Source: a virus
Direction: 5' to 3' (one strand)
Virus record (IMG/VR): IMGVR_UViG_3300008954_000003
Location: 1 to 64,000 of that record
DNA length: 64,000 nt
Shown here: piece after piece, positions 1-7,411 of the stretch
How positions within the stretch are numbered: the stretch's first letter is position 1
How the letters are laid out: each line of letters starts with the position of its first letter
Notes under the pieces: model-generated
The model's database searches: none
Seen by the model: only the letters and a program-made list of their open reading frames with translations
Told to the model about the DNA's origin: nothing
Program-made: the position numbers and the translations under genes

Positions 1-1470
1 GAAAAGGGTAATTCAAACGCAGATGGGATTTATGGAAAGAGAACTGCCGCTGCCGTGACTGAATTGCAAAAGAAACTCGGCCAAACACCTGATGGGGTGT
101 TCGGTGAAAAAACACTGACTACCGTTGAGGAAACACCAGAGGTGCAAGGAACGGTTTCTCACCAACCCCAAAAGACTGGAAAGAAGCACGGCAAGGCGCT
201 AATCATTGGAGACAGTCAAGGAAGCAGAGCTTCTTCCGGTGGTCCCCTTTCATCGCTTCTTGGAAGAGCGGGTTATAAAGTTGCAAATAATTCAGCCTAT
301 GGAACCTATACTGCTCAAGCGGTTGGGCAGATTCCGGGTGTCGATTACGATATTGTTGTTTTGTTTACGGGAGGGCATCAAAAATCTTCAGCATCTGATG
401 CAACACCTATTATTAAAAAATTCCCAAGTTCAACAAAGATTGTTATTGCAGGACCACCACCAGCCCATGAGATTAGGGATTTAAATGGAGCATTTAGAAA
501 GTTCCCGTATCTTAAAAAAGCCCCGGAAGGACAAGCCTCAACCTATTTTACAAAACCAACAGAACAACGCGGTAAGTCAATGGCAAAAGGGAGAGAACGC
601 AGAAACTCCGACTTCAAGAATACTTTTTCAGATTATGCTTCAAATGTTGTCTATGTTGACCCCAGGGATGTGTTTGGTGCAACTTGGCCAAATTTCCCAT
701 CTGTAGAAAAGTCAGACGGGATTCACCTCTATGGTGAAGTTGCTGAAAAAATGGCACAAGCTGTTGCCGGGGCCGCTCTTGGAAAAGCATCAAGCGCATC
801 GGGTAGCAGTGAGGAAAAACACCATGTCCGCTCTACCCTTCCAAAAGTAAAAATAAGAGAGGTAGACGAAATATCAAGACGACATGGAAGAATTCCAAGA
901 GGAAAACTTCCTGAGATAGTGAGAGCTATTCAGGATGCGGCCTCAACTCATGATGTCGATGAGGATATTTTGATGGGTGTTGTTCAAATGGAATCTGGTT
1001 TTAATCCATACGCAAAATCGCCAACGGGAGCAAGAGGTTTGTTTCAATTTATTGGCAGCACCGGAAGGGCTTACGGGTTAAGATCGGAAAAAGATTTTTA
1101 TGATGCAAGAAAAAATGCCGATGCTGGTGCGCGATTGTATAAGAAGAATTTAGAAGCCGCCGCCAAAGTTTCCGGTGGTTCGGTTACACCGGAAACTGAA
1201 TTTTATGCATACGTTGCACACAATCAAGGTCGTGGGGGTTTAAGGCAGATTGTTCGTTCTGCAAGAAGCGGCGGGCAAAAAATGCCAGATAAAAACGTTT
1301 TAAGAAATATGAGGACACAAGGCTCTCGCGTAAAATCTGCTATGAAAAATAATCCAAGTAACCCAGCGCAAGGATTTTTGGACTTCTTTGAAAAGAAGTG
1401 GAAATCTGTGAAGCCAAGAGGTATGTCTGTTGCCCAATCCGCAACGTCAGAAAAGAGAGCTGTTGTCTAG
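1..1470 (+). CDS. 5'-truncated multidomain cell-wall enzyme: peptidoglycan-binding domain + SGNH/GDSL esterase + SLT lytic transglycosylase
   Basis: Frame 1 is open from base 1 (ADGIYGKRTAAAVTELQKKLGQTPDGVFGEKT, PG_binding_1 pattern). IIGDSQG...DGIH are SGNH blocks I and V. MESGFNPYAKSPTGARGLFQF is the SLT motif. Confidence 0.85.
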   Translation, partial: EKGNSNADGIYGKRTAAAVTELQKKLGQTPDGVFGEKTLTTVEETPEVQGTVSHQPQKTGKKHGKALIIGDSQGSRASSGGPLSSLLGRAGYKVANNSAYGTYTAQAVGQIPGVDYDIVVLFTGGHQKSSASDATPIIKKFPSSTKIVIAGPPPAHEIRDLNGAFRKFPYLKKAPEGQASTYFTKPTEQRGKSMAKGRERRNSDFKNTFSDYASNVVYVDPRDVFGATWPNFPSVEKSDGIHLYGEVAEKMAQAVAGAALGKASSASGSSEEKHHVRSTLPKVKIREVDEISRRHGRIPRGKLPEIVRAIQDAASTHDVDEDILMGVVQMESGFNPYAKSPTGARGLFQFIGSTGRAYGLRSEKDFYDARKNADAGARLYKKNLEAAAKVSGGSVTPETEFYAYVAHNQGRGGLRQIVRSARSGGQKMPDKNVLRNMRTQGSRVKSAMKNNPSNPAQGFLDFFEKKWKSVKPRGMSVAQSATSEKRAVV

Positions 1471-1485
1471 TTATCTTAGGGGCAA

Positions 1486-2019
1486 ATGAAAATTCTAAAT
1501 AAAATATCCCGCAATCAGATTAAGTCTTTCTTTTTGATTGCGGCATTAATCGGGGCAGCAATCTTTGTTGACGGCCATGTCAAACATGATTTTGATATGG
1601 AAAACGAAGTTCAAGCTTTAAGGGCAAGCAATACAGAAAACATTGTAAAAGTTGCAAGACTTGAAGAAATCTCATTGAAGCTCGCAAAAGAAAACGAAGA
1701 GCTTGTTTCAACCAATCTCAAACTGAACAAAGCCCTTCATTCAAACGTGGATCGATTCATCGCATATATCACAGTCAATATTATAGTTCCAAGGGTCTAC
1801 CTTGGAATAACCAAAAGCAAAGTGAAAGGTTTTTCTCTTGGCCAAGATTCATGTAATAGAATGCTTCGTTATGAAAAATCAATATTTCAATTTGTCACAC
1901 AAAAATATAAAGAGAAATATTTCAACGATGAACAGTATGAATTCCTTATGCATGTTATTCTTGGAGAGATAACAGCTATTCAAAAGGAATGTCACCTTGC
2001 GATTAAGGGAACTATTTAA
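1486..2019 (+). CDS. Hypothetical membrane-anchored coiled-coil protein
   Basis: Basic N-terminus, hydrophobic FFLIAALIGAAIFV segment, then a heptad-like stretch; follows the muralytic gene. Confidence 0.6.
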   Translation: MKILNKISRNQIKSFFLIAALIGAAIFVDGHVKHDFDMENEVQALRASNTENIVKVARLEEISLKLAKENEELVSTNLKLNKALHSNVDRFIAYITVNIIVPRVYLGITKSKVKGFSLGQDSCNRMLRYEKSIFQFVTQKYKEKYFNDEQYEFLMHVILGEITAIQKECHLAIKGTI

Positions 2020-2022
2020 TAT

Positions 2023-2535
2023 ATGAGAAATATAACCAAAACAATAATCGGCCTTCTTAACGAATTGGACACGACCCTTCAACAACAAACGGAAGAGCCC
2101 CCTAATGCTTCAAAGAGGCAAATAATGGCTCTTCAAAAAGCGATCATCCTTTGGTTTCAATCACGTCAAAAACCAGCACCTGTCAAGGTCACGGGGGTCT
2201 TTGACAACAAAACCTTAACAATTTACAAGTACTTTGAGAAGAAAGGCTCGGTCGGCATTGATGGTGTCCGTAGAAAACTTAAGCAATTGATAAATAAAAA
2301 TCTTAAAACCCCTAAAGCCTCACCGGACACCAGCCCAGCCGTTTCAGAAAAACACATACAATATGTGAAAAACAAAGCAAAGAATATTTTAGAGCCATGG
2401 GCTTTGAGAGCATTGACGCCAGAAAAAGTAAAGAAAATCGCTGCTTTACTTGTCAAATATCCTGGCAACATCGGTCGTGGGCTGGTGATAATAGAGCTTG
2501 ACAAGATTCAGAAGCGGGCAAAGGTTAAGCAATAA
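2023..2535 (+). CDS. Hypothetical protein with a degenerate peptidoglycan-binding-like segment
   Basis: IMALQKAI...VTGVFDNKTL resembles a PG_binding_1 half-repeat. Confidence 0.55.
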   Translation: MRNITKTIIGLLNELDTTLQQQTEEPPNASKRQIMALQKAIILWFQSRQKPAPVKVTGVFDNKTLTIYKYFEKKGSVGIDGVRRKLKQLINKNLKTPKASPDTSPAVSEKHIQYVKNKAKNILEPWALRALTPEKVKKIAALLVKYPGNIGRGLVIIELDKIQKRAKVKQ

Positions 2536-2536
2536 T

Positions 2537-5242
2537 ATGATCTCTGTTAAAGATGAAAGCGAAGAACGATATTACGATGTTCATAAGGACAACTTTGATA
2601 AATTCTTTCCATATGCACAAGAAACATTAGGGTTCACAGAGCCGGTTGAAGTCTCTTTCGTTTCCGATCAGGAGAATGCTAAAGAGCTTTTTGGAAAAAC
2701 CGCACAGTATGAGCCAAATGAGAAAGTTATAACTATTTATACTAGCGGGAGACACCCGAAAGATGTTCTTAGGTCATTGTCACATGAACTTGTCCATCAC
2801 ACACAAAACTGTAGAGGGGAATTTGATGATGAATTCTCTACAGAAGTTGGATACGCTCTTGAGGACGGTGCGCTAAGAGAAATGGAAAAGGAAGCCTATC
2901 TTGAAGGGAATCTACTTTTACGAGACTACGAGGACACATTAAAAATGAAAAATGGTAAAAAAAACGAAGCTAAGAAATACTTGAAGAAGTTAATCGAACA
3001 GGAACTTCGAAGAGAACTCAAAGAGGCTTTTTATGATCCAGAGTCTTGGACAGACGAGCAGGATCTTGGAACAACAGATGTTTCTGCAAGTCCTCGGTCA
3101 ATAGAAAAAGACTACAAAGGCAGAGATGAGCCTGCGCCTATTTTAGCAAGAAAGCCTTCGCGAAGAGGTTCACGAAGAGATCCTTCTGTTGTTGAACTTC
3201 AAACAAAACTCAAGGCGGCAGGTTTTGATCCCGGTCGAATTGATGGAAGAATGGGTCCAAAAACAAGCAAAGCCTTGGCTTCGTATCAGTCATCTCAGGG
3301 TTTGCCAGCGACAGGTAAGCCTGATGCCGGAACCTTTATTGCTCTGAATAAAGCCGGTATTCCCGGTCATGAACAGTCTGTTGCTGGTGCGGAAAGTCAG
3401 CCCCCACCCCCACCAATTGCTGGCGAACCTGATGTTGGAAGTCCTGGTGGGGATATGACAGGCAGGTTAAAGGGTTTGGCGAATATGGGTGGTCGACAAG
3501 AACGACCTGTTAAAACCCCTGATCTCACGGGCGGTGGTGATTCCGCAAGACCGTATAGAGGTCCAGATCTTGGAAGAGAAGAGCTTCCTGATCCCGATCG
3601 TTTGGAAGAGTCCAAAAAGCGCGGAACAGAAATCCTCAAAGAGCGTTTTTCGAAGTACAACTTTGCCCAAAAGGTCTTGACAGACGTTCCTGTGAAAAAA
3701 AAAATAGTTGAATCCTTTCAAAGAAATGAGCCCCCAACAGAAATAACCACATCTGATAGCGGTGATGATGGCGAATCTGACATCACAAAAGATCTCGAAG
3801 ACTCAAACAAAAAGTTTGATAAATATCGAAAATGGGCAACCAAACAAAAGGCTCCCAAGGGCAGCAAAGGCAAAAAGACACCCCCTGCTGTAAAACACCT
3901 TAAAAAGAAAGCGGATAAGTATATTCCAAAAGAGTCGGTAAACGAGGAAGAAAAACCTCCAAAAAAAAAGAAAAAGAAAAAGAACCCGTATACAAATCCC
4001 AAAGTTCCAGATCGGAAAGAAGATGAGAAACCTCCAGTTGGTTGCAAGACCACTGTCAATGAGGCTTTGGGAAGCGCCTCTATTTCTAATTTAATGAGGA
4101 ATATTCAATCAACTTTCGACTTCGCCATTAAAAAAGACAATTCTAATGAAATGTGGCTCGCACTTAAAGCCCTAAATAAACTTCGCAAAGAAGGCTCTTG
4201 GACAGAAAAAGAAAAAGAAACTGCTTTAAGACCATTTAAAGGTTATATTAGTCGTCTTGAGAAAGGGGCGATGAGTGCGGATATGGAAAACACAGTTAGA
4301 CAATTCAAAAACGTTGTGGAACAAAGCCCTTCTTCTGAAGATGAATCGTTTGGTGTTTATGCAGAAGACCCAAAGTTTTCTAAAGCAAAAAAGCTTGCCA
4401 ATAAAGGTCACGAATTTTTCGTCAAGAAAAATTTTGACAAAGCCGCTGAATTTTTTCAAAATGCTTATGATCTAGACAACAATAAACCAGTGTATCTTCG
4501 TAATGCTGGACGGGCCTATGAAGAAAAAGGAGATGAAGAACGAGCAATCACATTATTCAAGCAATATAAGAAAATGGACCCCTCTTCAAAGTATGCAGGG
4601 GATGTTGACAAAAGAATTGCAAAATTACAGGGACAGTTTGCCTCTGCTTCTCCAGATACAGCAAAAAGAAGAAGTCCTTCTTCAAAGAAGAAGCGAAAGC
4701 CAAGCCCTCATGTTCAGATTCTCCAACAAGAAGCAAACATTTGGTTGAAAAGAAACCATTTGAAGAACCCTATGAACCCAGATGGTTCTTTGCCACCCGA
4801 AAAAGAATTTGATGGAATCTATGGCGGAAATACAGCGAAAGCCATTAACTTAATCAGAAGAAAGGCCGCCAAGCTTAAAAATCCGCCTCCAAGGAAGAGA
4901 AGCATCTCTGGTTTTGTGACTTGGCTTCAGCAGCAAAGAGGCGCACGAGGCGGCCCAGGAGCTGAGAATGTTGCGGTTGGAGGTGATGATTCTGCATATG
5001 AGAGCCCCAAAAAAGCGTCCCCTGATACTGCGGGAAAGAAAGAGCCGGATATGTGGAAAAAACACAAGCAAGATAAAACAGATGCTCAAAGCTTTGTGAA
5101 CCAGCAAGCACAAAAGAAAAAACCCACTCAGAAAGTCGCCCCTGATAAAGCTCAAAAGCAAAAGGATTGGCAGAAGAAGATGAGCGGTAAAAATGCCACA
5201 AGAGATTTCCAAAAAAGACTGAGAAGGTTGCAAAATAAATGA
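2537..5242 (+). CDS. Multidomain protein: HEXXH zincin-like N-terminus, peptidoglycan-binding domain, TPR repeats, second PGBD-like segment
   Basis: LSHELVHH...EKEA; VVELQTKLKAAGFDPGRIDGRMGPKTSKALASYQ; TPR-like KGHEFFVKKNFDKAAEFFQNAYDL...NAGRAYEEKGDEERAITLFKQY. The ATG at 2537 directly follows the upstream stop. Confidence 0.75.
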   Translation: MISVKDESEERYYDVHKDNFDKFFPYAQETLGFTEPVEVSFVSDQENAKELFGKTAQYEPNEKVITIYTSGRHPKDVLRSLSHELVHHTQNCRGEFDDEFSTEVGYALEDGALREMEKEAYLEGNLLLRDYEDTLKMKNGKKNEAKKYLKKLIEQELRRELKEAFYDPESWTDEQDLGTTDVSASPRSIEKDYKGRDEPAPILARKPSRRGSRRDPSVVELQTKLKAAGFDPGRIDGRMGPKTSKALASYQSSQGLPATGKPDAGTFIALNKAGIPGHEQSVAGAESQPPPPPIAGEPDVGSPGGDMTGRLKGLANMGGRQERPVKTPDLTGGGDSARPYRGPDLGREELPDPDRLEESKKRGTEILKERFSKYNFAQKVLTDVPVKKKIVESFQRNEPPTEITTSDSGDDGESDITKDLEDSNKKFDKYRKWATKQKAPKGSKGKKTPPAVKHLKKKADKYIPKESVNEEEKPPKKKKKKKNPYTNPKVPDRKEDEKPPVGCKTTVNEALGSASISNLMRNIQSTFDFAIKKDNSNEMWLALKALNKLRKEGSWTEKEKETALRPFKGYISRLEKGAMSADMENTVRQFKNVVEQSPSSEDESFGVYAEDPKFSKAKKLANKGHEFFVKKNFDKAAEFFQNAYDLDNNKPVYLRNAGRAYEEKGDEERAITLFKQYKKMDPSSKYAGDVDKRIAKLQGQFASASPDTAKRRSPSSKKKRKPSPHVQILQQEANIWLKRNHLKNPMNPDGSLPPEKEFDGIYGGNTAKAINLIRRKAAKLKNPPPRKRSISGFVTWLQQQRGARGGPGAENVAVGGDDSAYESPKKASPDTAGKKEPDMWKKHKQDKTDAQSFVNQQAQKKKPTQKVAPDKAQKQKDWQKKMSGKNATRDFQKRLRRLQNK

Positions 5243-6939
5243 ACTTTGATTGGCCACACATCATAACTGAGGCTACTGTCGAAGCAGATTCAAGATATCG
5301 TAAGGTTGCATTAAAAGCTTTTAGGGGAAAGCCGATGAATCGGGTCGAACTTGAAATCTTTGTCGCTGGTTATGAAAAATACGGTCCTCAGTCCGCTTCC
5401 CCTAACGCTGTCGCATATGTCAAACTGTTGTTGGATCAATCTTCGGCAAAAGACAGAAAGGCAACAGAAGCAGAATACGAAGAATACGAAGCAAGAGGCG
5501 ATGACTGGACCTGGGAAGATCCTATTCAGTGGGGGTTGGGTATTGCCGGTATGTTCCCAGGTTTTGGTGCTGTTGCTGATGGAATAAATGTAGTTTGGTA
5601 TGCGGGTAGAGAGAAGTGGCTTGAATGCGGACTTTCAGCACTTTCGCTTATACCAGTTGCTGGCATTGGATTTGCGGCTCTTTTTAAAGCGATGAAGAAC
5701 CGCATGGTATCAAAGGCCATTTTTGAAACAGCCAAAGACGTTTGGTCAAAACCAAATACAATAAAAAGTGTTGAAGAAATTTTTTCTAAGATGGAGGGGC
5801 TCCCTAAAGCCCCCAAAGGCATGAAAGATAAAGCCATGGCCGCTTTAAACGACTTCTTTAGAAACCCTTATGCCGCCATTGTAGGCAAGAGGGTTCAAAA
5901 GATACCAGAAGATGTTGCAGAGGCGGCAACCAAAGCAGTCGCGCACGCCAAAAAGATAAAGAGTTTTGAAAAAGAGGTAATCGCTCCTTTGGCGACCAAA
6001 CTCAAGAAACTAGAATCAGGAGCCGCTAAACTGGCTGATTTCGAACAAGAACTTGCGAAGACCCAGTATCGTATGGCGAAGTTGTCAAAATCAACCGATC
6101 CAAAAGATGTTTTAATGCTCAAGAATCTTCAAAAGGCGCTTGATGAAAGACAACTCAAAGTTGCGGAGGTGCTCGCAAAGAATGGCAACCATGTTCAGAA
6201 AATAAATCAAGTTTTAAGAAAAATGGGTGCCGCTAAAGACAAGATGGTGAAGCTTGTCAAAAGAAAAGAGAAAATGTTAAAGCTTACCGACGATCAGTAC
6301 AAGGAACTTGTGGCCCTCGGGAAAAAAATTGAAGCCAAAACGGGCAAAAAGTTTTTTGGTTCTGGTGGTGTTGCAAATCTTGTTGGTAAACGTGGGTTAT
6401 CAAGGTTGGTTCTCGTTTCACGGGAAACTTATCAGCTTGAAAAGAAAGGATTCTTTAACAATCTTGACCAAAGCTTTCAGGATTGGTGGAAAAAGAGTCT
6501 TTCACAAGAAGCTGGAGGTGGAAGTAGCGGAACAGGCGGTGGCGGTGGCGCTGCCGGGGGTCCTGTCAAGTGGGACGATGATGAAATGGCTGTACATTGC
6601 ACCGAAACGTTTGTTCAACTGGGTTGTAAAGGAAAAAGAGTCAAACTTGTGCAAATGGCCTTGAAAAAACTTGGTTTTGACACCAAAGTGAATGGGGATT
6701 TTGATATTCAAACAAAAAGAGCTTTAAAAGCCTATCAACAATCCCGTAATATGATTACAACAGGCGAAGCTGATAAAGATGTGTTCGTTGCTTTGGCACA
6801 AGAAATTAGTGGTGCCCAACAACCCACTCAGCAGCAGGCCATGCAGCAGGTTAAAGAAAATTACAAGTATCATTTACCATTATATGAAAGATACAGTAGA
6901 CTTAACAAAGTTTTGATGGAAAACATCACAAAAAGGTGA
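5239..6939 (+). CDS. Protein with pre-toxin TG-like domain, coiled coil, Gly linker and C-terminal peptidoglycan-binding domain
   Basis: LGIAGMFPGFGAVADGINVVWY...GLSALSLIPVAG (PT-TG-like); LGCKGKRVKLVQMALKKLGF...NGDFDIQTKRALKAYQ (PGBD). Confidence 0.7.
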   Translation: MNFDWPHIITEATVEADSRYRKVALKAFRGKPMNRVELEIFVAGYEKYGPQSASPNAVAYVKLLLDQSSAKDRKATEAEYEEYEARGDDWTWEDPIQWGLGIAGMFPGFGAVADGINVVWYAGREKWLECGLSALSLIPVAGIGFAALFKAMKNRMVSKAIFETAKDVWSKPNTIKSVEEIFSKMEGLPKAPKGMKDKAMAALNDFFRNPYAAIVGKRVQKIPEDVAEAATKAVAHAKKIKSFEKEVIAPLATKLKKLESGAAKLADFEQELAKTQYRMAKLSKSTDPKDVLMLKNLQKALDERQLKVAEVLAKNGNHVQKINQVLRKMGAAKDKMVKLVKRKEKMLKLTDDQYKELVALGKKIEAKTGKKFFGSGGVANLVGKRGLSRLVLVSRETYQLEKKGFFNNLDQSFQDWWKKSLSQEAGGGSSGTGGGGGAAGGPVKWDDDEMAVHCTETFVQLGCKGKRVKLVQMALKKLGFDTKVNGDFDIQTKRALKAYQQSRNMITTGEADKDVFVALAQEISGAQQPTQQQAMQQVKENYKYHLPLYERYSRLNKVLMENITKR

Positions 6940-6942
6940 ACA

Positions 6943-7404
6943 ATGAGAGCAAAATTACGAAAATTGGTCAAAATTTTGGCCACAGAACTCGGTTCTGACT
7001 TAAATGACGACAATATCGAAGAACATATCCGACATTATGTCGATACAGGCGGTGAAATCAAGAAAAAGCCGAAAATTAAAGAGAAAAAGTTCAAAAAGCC
7101 CAAAATTGAAGCGATTGCCAAGGAAATTGTTGAAATTCCGGTTGAAAAGAAGGAAGAACCCCCAAAAAGACTAGAAATCCCCTTTAAAGAGGTCGAACTT
7201 CCGGTTTTTGAGGACAAGAAGGCTAAAAAAGAAGAAAAACAGTCAAAAAAGGCTAAAAAAGAAGAAAAACTTGATTTTGATGCCATGAACTACACAGAAC
7301 TTAAGAAATGGGCTCGAAAGTACAATATCAAGAAGTATACCTCCTTGAAAAAACGAAGGCTCATCGAAGTTCTGAAAGAAACACATAACAAATTCGGCAA
7401 CTAA
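6943..7404 (+). CDS. Lys/Glu-rich protein with C-terminal Rho_N/HeH-like nucleic-acid-binding domain
   Basis: DFDAMNYTELKKWARKYNIKKYTSLKKRRLIEVL matches the Rho N-terminal helix-extension-helix pattern. Confidence 0.65.
   Translation: MRAKLRKLVKILATELGSDLNDDNIEEHIRHYVDTGGEIKKKPKIKEKKFKKPKIEAIAKEIVEIPVEKKEEPPKRLEIPFKEVELPVFEDKKAKKEEKQSKKAKKEEKLDFDAMNYTELKKWARKYNIKKYTSLKKRRLIEVLKETHNKFGN
7219..7270 (+). repeat. 22-bp direct repeat, period 30 (aaggctaaaaaagaagaaaaac), encoding KAKKEEK twice
   Basis: Identical copies at 7219-7240 and 7249-7270. Confidence 0.9.
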
Positions 7405-7411
7405 TTACATT

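Noticed and set aside
1486-2019. Spanin or holin next to the muralytic gene
   Set aside because: A single TM plus coiled coil is compatible, but no o-spanin lipobox ORF was found; evidence is insufficient.
3961-3985. Poly-A run as a slippage site
   Set aside because: It encodes a poly-Lys linker in an intact frame, and no alternative-frame product is evident.
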